39,466 nt of DNA from Nanobdellota archaeon (GTDB lineage: Archaea; Nanobdellota; Nanobdellia; Woesearchaeales; GW2011-AR9), in NCBI GenBank assembly GCA_018824365.1, contig JAHJGQ010000100.1, forward strand, positions 1 to 39,466, written 5' to 3'. Numbering within the stretch: the stretch's first letter is position 1; the number at the start of each line of letters is the position of its first letter. Shown piece after piece: positions 1-9,800 of the stretch. Below the pieces are notes generated by a model. It ran no database searches. It was not told the DNA's origin and saw only the letters and a program-made list of their open reading frames with translations. The position numbers and the translations under genes are program-made.

Positions 1-53
1 TCTTTTATTCTTAAATCTTTCTGAACAATGATAATATAAATAACATAAAAAAA

Positions 54-1316
54 CTAAAAAATAATAACCTCCTTTATTTTCTTTACTCTTTCTTTAACAT
101 AATCGTCTCTTATCAAGTTCTTCATGAAATCTTCCAATTTAGGGTTTTTATTCTTTATCTTGGCATAGATCTTACCATTTTCTTGGAAAGCATCTTTATT
201 CTTTTTCTTAAAATCTTTAACGAACTCTTTCATCTTTAGAGGCGGACCTGCCCTTAGCTCAAACTTAGGCAGCTCTTTTTTCGCTAATAAAAAAAACATG
301 ATCGCTTCATTTTCTTCTTTGTTCTCTTTCCATCTCCATCCAGATCTTTTGATATCAAATTGCGTGAGTTTCCTTTCCAGATGATTGAAGACTTTTAACA
401 ATTTACTTCCTACAACATCCTCCTTGCCTTTTAGGGCATCTAACTGTAAAAAGACAATGTTCTGTTTTTTTTGCTCTGCTTCTCTATTTAATTTATCTAA
501 ATTGATAATCTCTTTTTGAAATAAATTTTTGCTGGGTTTCTTCAAGTATTCCTTAGCAAGTTTCCTGAACAGTAAGTATTTTTCATTTGAAAGGGCGGCA
601 GCGGCGTTCCTGTTTTTGTCAACCGGATCTACAATAATTATCGGTGATTGAAGTTTTGAATTATTGATATGAAATAAAGCGGTCTTTTTTGTATAAAATT
701 TAGACGGATCAACTATTTCTTTATTACCCCATTTTTGTGATGCTTTCAAAAGAGCTTCAAAAGAACCATAATTGATGGTTAGTATCTCTAATACATAACC
801 GCTGAAACCGCTGATGTATGATTCTGCTCCATAAAGATTGTTGGCTTTACAGAATTGTTTAATCAGTCTGATCTCATTTTTTATCTTTTTATCATGTTTA
901 TTGACCCATCTAGAATGAAGAGGAGAGATGTCGGTGATATTGATGGCTTGTTCAGCTTTGTTAATCTTTAAAATGGGAACAATTTCCAAATTAAAGTTCT
1001 GATAAGTTGTTTTGAAATAGTCTCTGCTTCCATGAACTTTCTCTATCTTGATTTTAGGAAAAACTTTCTTTAATATTGGTTCAAGAATTTCTGATAATTG
1101 ATCGGATTTAGCTGAATATCTCTTATAATCGAATAAGACAAAAATATCAATGTCGTGATCCCCCGATAGCCATGTGCCTTTAGCACCACTGCCACCCAAA
1201 ATAGCTTCTGCATATTTAAGCTTGGAGTTCAATTTTTTGATGAATAATGAAGTGATTGATTTTACTTTGTCTGATTCTTTTTTACTCGGTTTTATTATTT
1301 CTAATATGTCTTTCAT
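54..1316 (-). CDS. cca: CCA-adding enzyme (archaeal class I tRNA nucleotidyltransferase)
   Basis: 420-aa ORF. The N-terminal GGSGAKGTWLSGDHDIDIFV matches the class I nucleotidyltransferase G-S/D-x-D signature. Length and layout are typical of archaeal Cca. Confidence 0.85.
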   Translation of the reverse strand: MKDILEIIKPSKKESDKVKSITSLFIKKLNSKLKYAEAILGGSGAKGTWLSGDHDIDIFVLFDYKRYSAKSDQLSEILEPILKKVFPKIKIEKVHGSRDYFKTTYQNFNLEIVPILKINKAEQAINITDISPLHSRWVNKHDKKIKNEIRLIKQFCKANNLYGAESYISGFSGYVLEILTINYGSFEALLKASQKWGNKEIVDPSKFYTKKTALFHINNSKLQSPIIIVDPVDKNRNAAAALSNEKYLLFRKLAKEYLKKPSKNLFQKEIINLDKLNREAEQKKQNIVFLQLDALKGKEDVVGSKLLKVFNHLERKLTQFDIKRSGWRWKENKEENEAIMFFLLAKKELPKFELRAGPPLKMKEFVKDFKKKNKDAFQENGKIYAKIKNKNPKLEDFMKNLIRDDYVKERVKKIKEVIIF

Positions 1317-1382
1317 CTTAATTGGATAAACACCATGCTGGTTTTATTTTTATATAACTATTTTATATAAAGTTTTGCTGTT

Positions 1383-2126
1383 TCAAATTTTCTTAAATTC
1401 TTTCTCAATTTCTTTTTCAATAATGGTGCCTTCTTTTTCTAATTTATGGACATCTTTAATTAACATCTTCTTAATTTGGTGTTTGAATAAGACTACCATC
1501 AATAGTAAACCAACTAAAAGTCTGGAAAAGTAAAGCAGAAAATTTGGTTTTCCTGAAACAATTCCTGCTCCAAAGTAAACTAAGATAACCATTTGGATGA
1601 TAAATCCTAAAGTAGAAACTAAGCAGAACGGCCAAAATCTTATTGTTGTCAGGCCAGCAGTAAAACTTACTAGATCATTGGGAAATATGGGAGTTATCCT
1701 GGCAATGAACAGGGCCCACTTATTTTTTTGACGAAAAAACATATTGAAATGGACAATATCTTTCTTATCAAAGAATCTTAAAGCAATTCTCTTGCCATAA
1801 TGTTTTGAGATGATGAATATGATGGCTGAACCTATAAATGCTCCAATAAGACTGTATGACAGTCCTAAAACTGGACCAAAGATGAATCCAGATACTATTG
1901 TAGTTATCTGTGAAGGGAAAATGGAAATTATTGATTGTATTGTCTGTAATAAGATGATAATTATTGGTGCTAATATTCCATAACCAAGAATTAGATCTTT
2001 AAGTTCAATTGGATTATTTATGTAGTTTTGTATTGTTGTAGATTGGGTTGCGCTATAATATAACAAGATAATTATGGCTGCAAGTAAAAGAAATTTAAGT
2101 TTATAGGCCCTCTTTTTGATGTTCAT
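1383..2126 (-). CDS. TVP38/TMEM64 (DedA-like, VTT-domain) membrane protein
   Basis: 247-aa polytopic hydrophobic ORF with a family-like core (RITPIFPNDLVSFTAGLT). Confidence 0.6.
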   Translation of the reverse strand: MNIKKRAYKLKFLLLAAIIILLYYSATQSTTIQNYINNPIELKDLILGYGILAPIIIILLQTIQSIISIFPSQITTIVSGFIFGPVLGLSYSLIGAFIGSAIIFIISKHYGKRIALRFFDKKDIVHFNMFFRQKNKWALFIARITPIFPNDLVSFTAGLTTIRFWPFCLVSTLGFIIQMVILVYFGAGIVSGKPNFLLYFSRLLVGLLLMVVLFKHQIKKMLIKDVHKLEKEGTIIEKEIEKEFKKI

Positions 2127-2213
2127 AGTTCTGAAAATATCTCTAATTATTTAAATTTTGTTTAATGGTGGGGGTGACATATTTTTTTAAATGGAGTGTT
2201 GTTTAGGTTTAAA

Positions 2214-2504
2214 ATGGCTGTGTTAAGGGCAAGGGTTAAATGTTTTCGTTGCGGTAGGTCGGTTGATAAGACTCAAACCCTTATAACTAAATCCATCACT
2301 AAAGATATAAGATATGAGTGTGCTAAATGTTACAAAAGAAATAAGACTTCTCCTTGGGGTTTAGGTGATGAAATCCCACATAAGATAGAATACTTTTGTG
2401 AACGCTGTAAATATAAGTTTAAGTCTAAGGTTTGTGAATGCCCTTATTGTAACAAGAGAGATAGGGTAACTGAAGCAAGAATTACTGTTAGTGATCTTCT
2501 TTAA
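2214..2504 (+). CDS. Small double zinc-ribbon protein
   Basis: Four CxxC pairs (CFRCG, CAKCY, CERCK, CPYCN). The ORF track starts at GTG 2196, but ATG 2214 seems the more likely start. Confidence 0.5.
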   Translation: MAVLRARVKCFRCGRSVDKTQTLITKSITKDIRYECAKCYKRNKTSPWGLGDEIPHKIEYFCERCKYKFKSKVCECPYCNKRDRVTEARITVSDLL

Positions 2505-2549
2505 ATTTCTATGGAAATATTTATCTATTACCTCTGATTTCTTAATAAT

Positions 2550-2897
2550 ATGTTTAAGTTTAAACACACGGCTAAATTCTATTTTGGAGGATCTTTAATT
2601 ATATCGAGCTTTATTGTAGGAAAGATTACTACAGCTGCATTCATACTTAATTATCATGATTCACTTATGAGGTGGCTGTCAATTTTTATTTACATTATTT
2701 CCTGGCCGATGCTATTAATTGGAGTCTGGTGGGTAGGTAAAGAGTACGCTGAAGAAATAAAAAAGTATATCTCATATAAATTCTATCATGAGTCTGTAAA
2801 ACAGGGGACAAAAATGGTTGTAGATAGGACAAAAACTGAGACTAAAAGGATCCATTCTGTTGTTAAGAATAAATTTAAAAGAAAGAAGGAAAATTGA
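2550..2897 (+). CDS. Small membrane protein with a basic C-terminal tail
   Basis: 115-aa ORF with two or three hydrophobic segments followed by a Lys/Arg-rich tail. Confidence 0.45.
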   Translation: MFKFKHTAKFYFGGSLIISSFIVGKITTAAFILNYHDSLMRWLSIFIYIISWPMLLIGVWWVGKEYAEEIKKYISYKFYHESVKQGTKMVVDRTKTETKRIHSVVKNKFKRKKEN

Positions 2898-2995
2898 GTG
2901 TTATTCTGGACATTATCCAATTTTCCAAAAGGTTTATAATATAAAAGCTTGCTTTTTCTTTCAAAGGTTGATTTTCTGAAGATGTTTAAATTAAA

Positions 2996-3544
2996 ATGGA
3001 AGAATACAGACCAAGATTAGTACAAGTGCCGATTGCACAAATTCGGCCAACTGAATATCTGATTAATCACGATGGATTTTATTCTATAAATTGTCTTTTT
3101 GCAAAAGAATTAAAGTTTAAACCCATCCGCGGCTATTATAACGGAAGAGAATTTTTTCCTGAAGATGGAAATAAAAGATCGCTTTTTCTTCATGAAAAAG
3201 GTGATGAGACTATCTCTGCACGTGTTTATGAGATGGATTGGGAATTTGAAGATGTAGAAGAACTTGCAGAAAGAGCAAGGATGTTCGGTGTTACTAAAAT
3301 ATCTGATTTGAGTAGAAGGAAATTACCTGGAAAAGAATATGGTTTAGTAGATGAAATGTGTTCTAAGATAAGAACTTCAAGAGATTTAGATTATTTTTGT
3401 GATGCTTTTGGAATTAGTTGCTTTGATGAATTTATCTGTAAAGTAAAAATGGACAATAAGTCTGAAATAATAAAAACATGCCGAAGACTGTTTGGAGTTG
3501 ACAGTTATAGTGAAGCTGCTGAAAGGCTTGTTTTTGGCAGGTAA
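2996..3544 (+). CDS. Hypothetical protein, possibly with a ParB/Srx-like N-terminal domain
   Basis: 182-aa ORF. IAQIRPTEYL ... EDGNKRS weakly resembles the ParB-nuclease pattern. Confidence 0.4.
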   Translation: MEEYRPRLVQVPIAQIRPTEYLINHDGFYSINCLFAKELKFKPIRGYYNGREFFPEDGNKRSLFLHEKGDETISARVYEMDWEFEDVEELAERARMFGVTKISDLSRRKLPGKEYGLVDEMCSKIRTSRDLDYFCDAFGISCFDEFICKVKMDNKSEIIKTCRRLFGVDSYSEAAERLVFGR

Positions 3545-3681
3545 TTGAGCAGCATGTTTTTTGATATATTCAATTTTTTGCAGTTCAGGACATAGTGCTA
3601 CGAAAGTGATTGATTGTTGAATTGGTTAATATACCACTAACACCTAAAATAGTTATAAATATCTAAAAAATTAGATTTCAA

Positions 3682-3918
3682 TTAATGCCTAAGGTAAATT
3701 AATAACCTTGTTCCGGCAAGGATGAAGATCAATCCTGCTACAACAAAAAAAGCGAGGTGTTTTGTAAATATGCCTAATATCAATGAAAAGATACCGATGA
3801 AGATATATGCTCCGGCAAAAAATTTGTTTTTTTTCTTGCTCTCAAAAAATAAATTTTTAAAAAAACTATTTTTTTCTATTTTTTTCTTTGCTTTTACCAT
3901 TGTTTTATTATCTGCCAT
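3682..3918 (-). CDS. Small two-TM membrane protein
   Basis: 78-aa ORF with a basic N-terminus and two hydrophobic helices. It overlaps the upstream gene by 11 nt. The opposite-strand ORF 3722-4009 is low-complexity. Confidence 0.4.
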   Translation of the reverse strand: MADNKTMVKAKKKIEKNSFFKNLFFESKKKNKFFAGAYIFIGIFSLILGIFTKHLAFFVVAGLIFILAGTRLLIYLRH

Positions 3919-4612
3919 TTATTTCCTCTTCATTTCTTTTACTTTTATAAATTTTTTTAGGGAAAATTCTAGTTTCAGCTTCTTCAGATGGAATATCTTT
4001 ACTAGATAATAATGGATTGATCAAAAGGTAAGCAATTCTTAAGATGAGTTCTAAAGCAACTATAAAGATAAAATAGTAGATTATTGTCTGCCATAGATCT
4101 GGCAATTGTCTGATCATTAACCAAGAATTATAGTATGAAAAGTTTGAAATGTCAAGTAAAAATATGCCTAAGAGAGCAAAAGGAAGCATCTTGGCAAGAT
4201 CTTTAGAAAGATCTTCATTATAATAAGCGGTGGCTCTTACAGATCCTACCAAAGCCATGGCAACCAGAAGAATATTACTTACTGCTTGAGTTTCAGACAG
4301 AAGCATGATGATTATAGCAAGAACAATGAACCAAAAGAATGTAAATATCGGAAAGAGAAAGAGGTATTCAAACGTGTAAAAGATTAGATGGAAAAAATTT
4401 TCAAGAAATCCACGAAATGACTTACTATGCTTTTTTAGGTTAAGTTTGAAGATATCGCGTCTTGCTACGAAGCGATAAAACTTAAAAACAAAAATTGCGT
4501 AAACTACCATTCCCAGTATAAATAAGAATAATGGTATTAATGATAAGATTGCATCACTAAAAGAAAGGTTTGCTTTTGCAATATTAAGTAATGAAAAATC
4601 TATCAGCACCAT
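3908..4612 (-). CDS. Polytopic membrane protein
   Basis: 234-aa ORF with several hydrophobic helices. Confidence 0.55.
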   Translation of the reverse strand: MVLIDFSLLNIAKANLSFSDAILSLIPLFLFILGMVVYAIFVFKFYRFVARRDIFKLNLKKHSKSFRGFLENFFHLIFYTFEYLFLFPIFTFFWFIVLAIIIMLLSETQAVSNILLVAMALVGSVRATAYYNEDLSKDLAKMLPFALLGIFLLDISNFSYYNSWLMIRQLPDLWQTIIYYFIFIVALELILRIAYLLINPLLSSKDIPSEEAETRIFPKKIYKSKRNEEEINGR

Positions 4613-4751
4613 TTTTTTTATGTTTTTAATAAATCTATTGCCTTTTTTAATCTTTCTTTTTTGTTTTTCCTGAACAAGCTTTAATTGTTTATTTTATGGT
4701 TTCTTTTTCAAAAGCGATATCCTTATATTATCATGAAGATTTCTAAATGAT

Positions 4752-5273
4752 ATGGATTTTTTTGCACATGGCCTTTGGAGTTATATCTTTTTTAATAAGA
4801 CTAAAAAGCCATGGTTGGCAGTTATCTTTGGTCTTCTTCCAGATACAATCTCTTGGGGATTATATTTTGTGTTTAATCTTCTGACTGGTAGCATAAATTC
4901 CGGCCCGCCTATTGTTGAAAATATTCCTGGGTGGGTATTTGGTCTTTACGGATTAGGACATAGTATCATTGTTGCTGTTTTAGTTATCTTGATTGTCTCT
5001 TTAATCATAAAAAAAGTTCCTATATTCATGTTAACATGGCCTGTTGCAATTGTGATGGACATCTTTACTCATACAAGAGAATTTTTACCGACACCTTTCT
5101 TGTGGCCGGTATCTGATTGGAAATTTCCGGGCATAAGCTGGGGAACTAAAACATTTATAATCGTGAATTATTCTTTGATAATTGTTTGTCTAGGTTATAT
5201 CTTTTTGAATAATAAAACAACGTTTTTTAAGAGATTTAGAACGAAAAAGTTGAAACCTAAAAATAGAAATTAA
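4752..5273 (+). CDS. Integral membrane protein (possibly a DUF457-like membrane hydrolase)
   Basis: 173-aa hydrophobic ORF with His residues near the N-terminus (FFAHG) and at FTHT. Confidence 0.5.
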   Translation: MDFFAHGLWSYIFFNKTKKPWLAVIFGLLPDTISWGLYFVFNLLTGSINSGPPIVENIPGWVFGLYGLGHSIIVAVLVILIVSLIIKKVPIFMLTWPVAIVMDIFTHTREFLPTPFLWPVSDWKFPGISWGTKTFIIVNYSLIIVCLGYIFLNNKTTFFKRFRTKKLKPKNRN

Positions 5274-5302
5274 ATCAAAAACAGAATTAAAGCAAATTGA
5301 AA

Positions 5303-5767
5303 TTATTCTTCATCAGATTCTTCTCTTCTAATAACTTTAACTGCATCCATCTTTACGGTGATTGGAATTGGTACGGCAGCTTCCAGTAACTCTACGACGA
5401 TATCTTCTTTTTGCTTATTGATCCTGATAACTTTAGCGTTTTCCCGCTTAAAAGGTCCAGAGATGATCTCAACAATATCGTTTTTCTTTATGTTCATCTC
5501 TACTTTTACTTGCTCAAGCATATGTTCAATTTCAGGATATGGTATCTCCTGTGGAAGCAGACCCCTTGAATAAGGTACTCCTTGTAAAGTGATTTCTGCA
5601 TCTAATTTTGAGGTTGCTTCTATAAAGATGTATCCTCTCATTCCATGCGGTCGGATGACTGTAATGATGCTTGAATTTGAATCCCGCTGTAGTTTTGAGA
5701 TTAGATAATCAACTACTTGGTCTTCCCTGTTAGCAGCAGTTCTTAAACCGAATATAGATGTTTCCAT
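5303..5767 (-). CDS. spt5: Transcription elongation factor Spt5 (NusG homologue)
   Basis: NGN-like N-terminus plus a KOW motif (IVEIISGPFKRENAKVIRI). Lies directly downstream of secE. Confidence 0.85.
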   Translation of the reverse strand: METSIFGLRTAANREDQVVDYLISKLQRDSNSSIITVIRPHGMRGYIFIEATSKLDAEITLQGVPYSRGLLPQEIPYPEIEHMLEQVKVEMNIKKNDIVEIISGPFKRENAKVIRINKQKEDIVVELLEAAVPIPITVKMDAVKVIRREESDEE

Positions 5768-5780
5768 TTTTTTTGTATGT

Positions 5781-5969
5781 TTAAAGCAATAATTGCTTTA
5801 ATAGGAATATGATAAAACCGATTGCTCCGATTATGGCAATTCCCAAGCCGGTTACTTTAACGATGCTCTTAAATTCATTCTTGCTTGGTTTTTTGGTAAT
5901 ACGCAGGACTCTGTAAGTCTCTTTTATAAACCTTTTCACTTTATTTTTCTTACCTTCTTGAAATTCCAT
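5781..5969 (-). CDS. secE: Protein translocase subunit SecE / Sec61-gamma
   Basis: 62-aa ORF with a basic N-terminus and a single C-terminal TM helix. Conserved position between ftsZ and spt5. Confidence 0.75.
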   Translation of the reverse strand: MEFQEGKKNKVKRFIKETYRVLRITKKPSKNEFKSIVKVTGLGIAIIGAIGFIIFLLKQLLL

Positions 5970-6186
5970 TATTACCGATAAGACTAAGATTGTTTTATAA
6001 AATTTTCTCTTTGTAAGTTAAAAATCATAAGAATTTAATAAATGAGAAATCCTAAAAACTGACTGCCCAATCATAGCAAGCTATGGGTATTCACCAGTTT
6101 TCTTCACGGATTTATGGTCATTCCTCGCTATCGTTGCATAGCAATGGGGTATTAAACTTAACTCGAAATAAAATTTAAGATTATCG

Positions 6187-7326
6187 TCAATTTACAAACT
6201 CTATGCCTAATTCAGACTCAATGGCACTTCTCTTCTTACCAAAATAAGTGTTTTTTTGTCCAAAGATTTGGTTAGAACTTACTCCAGTTATTATTAGCAT
6301 GGTACGTATTGTTTTCTCAAGGTCTTTGTAAATTTGCGCACCCCAGATTATTTTAGCTTTTGGATCTAGATTTTCTGCAACTGTTTCTACAATTTTACGT
6401 GATTCATCTAAAGTGAGATTCTCTCCTCCAGAAATATTTATCAGCGCTCCTGTAGCGTTAGAAATATCAACGTCGATTAAAGGGTTTTGTAATGCTTTCT
6501 GGACAGATTCGTCAGCCCTATTCTCAGAGTCAGATTCTCCTACGCCAATAAGTGCAACTCCTCCCTCACCCATGATTGCCTTAACGTCTGCAAAATCAAG
6601 ATTGACTAGGCCTGCTCTTGTAACCAATTCAGCGATACCTTTTACGGAGTTAGTAAGAATTTCGTCTGCAACTCTAAAAGCAGTTTGAAGCGGTAATTGT
6701 GGAGCAATCTCCAATAATTTTTCATTAGGGATAACAATTAGTGTGTTAATACTTTGTTCTAATTTTTCTAAGCCGATCATGGCATTCTCAAATCTATGCG
6801 ATCCCTCCATAGAAAAAGGAATAGTAACTATGCCTACGCTTAGGATACCCATCTTTTTTGCCAGTTGTGCGATAAATGGGGCGCTGCCAGTTCCAGTACC
6901 TCCGCCTAAACCGCATGTTATGAAGACCATATCTGCTCCTTCAAGCAGTTTTTTTAGTTCATGTTCACTTTCTTTTGCAGCTTCTTCTCCAATTTTTGGG
7001 TTTGAGCCTGCTCCTAAACCTTGGGTAAGTTCCCTTCCAATAAGGACTTTCTTATCTGCAGAAGTGTATAATAAATCTTGAGCATCAGTGTTGATGGCAG
7101 CAGTTGAAATTCCTTTAATACCTACTTCAGAAATACGGTTGATAGTATTATTCCCGCCCCCCCCACAGCCAATTACTCTTATCCTGGTTTTTTGATTGGC
7201 GATTAACTGTTGTAATTCTTCGTCGATGTCTAAGTTTGCTTTCTTATGAGAAATCTCTTCAGCGTAAACGTGTGCAACATTTTGTCTTTTATTCTCTTGT
7301 ATGTTCTCTTGGATATATCCGTCCAT
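6187..7326 (-). CDS. ftsZ: Cell division protein FtsZ
   Basis: Tubulin signature GLGGGTGTGSAP and an N-terminal GCGGGGNNTINR motif. Confidence 0.95.
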   Translation of the reverse strand: MDGYIQENIQENKRQNVAHVYAEEISHKKANLDIDEELQQLIANQKTRIRVIGCGGGGNNTINRISEVGIKGISTAAINTDAQDLLYTSADKKVLIGRELTQGLGAGSNPKIGEEAAKESEHELKKLLEGADMVFITCGLGGGTGTGSAPFIAQLAKKMGILSVGIVTIPFSMEGSHRFENAMIGLEKLEQSINTLIVIPNEKLLEIAPQLPLQTAFRVADEILTNSVKGIAELVTRAGLVNLDFADVKAIMGEGGVALIGVGESDSENRADESVQKALQNPLIDVDISNATGALINISGGENLTLDESRKIVETVAENLDPKAKIIWGAQIYKDLEKTIRTMLIITGVSSNQIFGQKNTYFGKKRSAIESELGIEFVN

Positions 7327-7409
7327 TTTAAAATTTACCCTCTACCCTTTTTAGATAAAATATTAGAAAAAGAGGGGATATATAAAGATTATTATCCTCA
7401 AAAAGTAGC

Positions 7410-8087
7410 TTATTTTTCTGTATCTTTTTTTGCTTCTTCTTTACTGAATGTGGTTTCTAATTTTACTAGTTCAGATAATTTATTTGCAAGAAGATCGGTT
7501 ACTTGAGCAGGAAGTTCAAATGGAAGCTTGACTTCAGCTTTATTTTCTTTGACTTCTGCTTTTATCATCTCTTTTGGGATGCCTAAACTCATTGTAATGT
7601 AAGAGATCAGTTTATCTTTAGGCTCTTCAATCCTTTTGTTTATCTTGAATGTGTAGGTTACTTCTTTACCGGATAAAGGATGATTGAAATTAACAATTGT
7701 TCTTCCTCCAGAAACCCTTGAGATTATTCCCATCTCTCCATCGATATCAACCTGTAAGCCTGGATGCGGTTCAACTTTATGTTCCTTGAAGGAATTTGTT
7801 GGAACGATTCTCATCTTTTTGATGTCTCTTTTACCAAAAGCTTTTTCTGGCGGTAAAGTAACAGCATATTCTTTTCCGATATCTTTACCGATCAGCTCAT
7901 CATCTAATCCTGGAAGAACTTGTTTTTCACCAACACAAATTGTTGTTGGAAGATATTTTCTCTTTTCTGAAAATAGATTGTTTTCCTTGGCTACTTTTTC
8001 TAAAGTAGTATCAAAGATTGTGCCATCTGCCAGTTTGCCGGTATAATCCAGTTCTATAAAATCATGTTCTTTGATGGTTTCAGGCAT
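7410..8087 (-). CDS. FKBP-type peptidyl-prolyl cis-trans isomerase (long archaeal type)
   Basis: DFIELDYTGKLADGTIFDTT and NHPLSGKEVTYTFKI motifs, followed by a C-terminal extension. Confidence 0.85.
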   Translation of the reverse strand: MPETIKEHDFIELDYTGKLADGTIFDTTLEKVAKENNLFSEKRKYLPTTICVGEKQVLPGLDDELIGKDIGKEYAVTLPPEKAFGKRDIKKMRIVPTNSFKEHKVEPHPGLQVDIDGEMGIISRVSGGRTIVNFNHPLSGKEVTYTFKINKRIEEPKDKLISYITMSLGIPKEMIKAEVKENKAEVKLPFELPAQVTDLLANKLSELVKLETTFSKEEAKKDTEK

Positions 8088-8154
8088 GTTTCTTTGTTTT
8101 TTTAGTTGATTTATAAGTTTTCTTGTTTTAAATAAAGCATAATGCTTTATTTAC

Positions 8155-8282
8155 GCAAAGAAAAGCAGAAAGAGACAGTCTTTAGACCGGTTATGTCCAC
8201 AGAAAAACAACGATTTTTCTGGGATGCCAAAAAAGTAGTTTCTTTTTTGTGCGAATGCTCTTTCATATCCTGCTTTTCTTGC
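8155..8282. ncRNA. Candidate structured element (13-bp closing stem with internal hairpins)
   Basis: 8155-8168 pairs with 8270-8282 (13 bp, one bulge). Internal perfect hairpins lie at 8169-8183, 8199-8221 and 8229-8247. Confidence 0.3.
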
Positions 8283-8287
8283 GTCAC

Positions 8288-8319
8288 AAAGTGCGGAGTG
8301 AGATTCTTTTCCGCACTTT
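8288..8319. terminator. 10-bp GC-containing hairpin just downstream of the cmk stop codon
   Basis: AAAGTGCGGA (8288-8297) pairs with TCCGCACTTT (8310-8319), with flanking T/A runs. Confidence 0.3.
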
Positions 8320-8340
8320 TATGACAGCTTAAAAGAAAAA

Positions 8341-8925
8341 TTAATTTTTCTTTTCTTGTTTTAAATTGATGTATTTCATAGCTTTATCAGTAGCTTGCTC
8401 TGCAGTTATGTTGGTCGTGTCAAGAACGAAATCATATTGCGATTCATCTCTATGGTCAAAACCGTAATATTTCTTATAACGGGCAGCATCTTCTTCTTCA
8501 CGTTCAATGATCCTTTTCTTAGTCTGCTCAAAAGAAGTGATCTTTCCTTCATTTCTTTTTTCTTTTGTCTGTTTATTTTGTAGATCTTTCCAGATCCTTT
8601 TGGCTCCCTCTTCAAAATCAACCTTAATGTAAATCTTAAGTGATTCTGGCAAAAAGTGAAATTGTGTTCTTCCTTCAACAATGATTATCTGGTTATTCTT
8701 TTCCAGTTCTCTGGCTTCTGCAGAGGCTTTCTTATCAACGTCAACGTCAGTCTCAGGATGAGTCTTAGCATATTCATTCAACTCTTCTAAAGTCATGCCT
8801 TTATCTCTGGCTAATTCTCTCCTGATGCCTCCAACGTAAATTCTCTTAGCGTTTAATTTTTCTACAAGAATCTTAGATACTGTTGATTTTCCAGATCCTG
8901 GTGTTCCTGAAACTGTGATTATCAT
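8341..8925 (-). CDS. cmk: Archaeal-type cytidylate kinase / P-loop NMP kinase
   Basis: 194-aa ORF with P-loop GTPGSGKST at the N-terminus and NMP-kinase size. The subfamily assignment is from memory. Confidence 0.6.
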   Translation of the reverse strand: MIITVSGTPGSGKSTVSKILVEKLNAKRIYVGGIRRELARDKGMTLEELNEYAKTHPETDVDVDKKASAEARELEKNNQIIIVEGRTQFHFLPESLKIYIKVDFEEGAKRIWKDLQNKQTKEKRNEGKITSFEQTKKRIIEREEEDAARYKKYYGFDHRDESQYDFVLDTTNITAEQATDKAMKYINLKQEKKN

Positions 8926-8935
8926 CTTTAAGTTC

Positions 8936-9637
8936 TTACCTCACTTTTTCATAATCGCTTTTCTTCAAATCTCCTAAATAATTATTCATCCATTGTTTGA
9001 TCCAGAAAATTGTTGCTTTTGTCAAACCCCACTTCTTGAATCTTCTCATTGATGTTGTTACATTGGTGTCAATGCATTTAAACTTTTTTCCTGTTTTATT
9101 TTTAAGTTCAATTATTAACTTGCGATGCTCTTTAACGATAATCTCTGGATTGTAGCCTTTAACATTATTAAAATCTTCTTTGCGGCAGATCAAAGCGCCG
9201 CTGCAACCATTATAGATATTTGTAGAGTTGTAAAGATTCTTGAACTTCATCGCTAATCTGTATTTTAAATTATCAGAATCAGGAAGAACTTTAGTTGTAG
9301 CGACTGAATATTCTGATGAGAACTGTTCATTGATCTTTTGCAGCGAATCATCCTCTAAAGTTGTGTCGGCATCTAAAAAGAGAAAAATTTCTCCTTGCGC
9401 CTCAAAAGCTCCCGAATTTCTGGCAATACACACGTTAGCTTTAGATAAAGAGAGATGTTTAGTTTTATCATTTAATCTTTTTTTAACAATTTCTTCTGTT
9501 TTATCAGTACAGCCGTTAGTAACAACTATTGTTTCATAGTTTTGATAAGTTTGATTTTTTATACTATGTAATGTTTTTTTAATATACTCTTCTTCATTAT
9601 GAGCGGGAATTATGATTGAGAATTTTGGAGGCATCAC
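8936..9637 (-). CDS. Family 2 glycosyltransferase
   Basis: FSIIIPAHNEEEYI start and a DxD motif in LFLDADT. Confidence 0.8.
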   Translation of the reverse strand: MMPPKFSIIIPAHNEEEYIKKTLHSIKNQTYQNYETIVVTNGCTDKTEEIVKKRLNDKTKHLSLSKANVCIARNSGAFEAQGEIFLFLDADTTLEDDSLQKINEQFSSEYSVATTKVLPDSDNLKYRLAMKFKNLYNSTNIYNGCSGALICRKEDFNNVKGYNPEIIVKEHRKLIIELKNKTGKKFKCIDTNVTTSMRRFKKWGLTKATIFWIKQWMNNYLGDLKKSDYEKVR

Positions 9638-9800
9638 AGTTTGAAGAAAGAAATTTATTTTAAAGAATTACTATATTGGAAAATATATGTTGAAGTTGTG
9701 GTGAAGTGTTATTAAAGCGCTTTTTTTATGGTTTGATTTTTTATAGTTCAGCCAAATAAATCCATAAATTTTTATAAAATCGTATTTTTTTTTCTTAATC

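Noticed and set aside
8142-8324. 60-aa plus-strand track ORF in the cmk-FKBP spacer.
   Set aside because: The region is occupied by nested perfect hairpins and a long closing stem. There is no ribosome-binding context and no protein-like composition.
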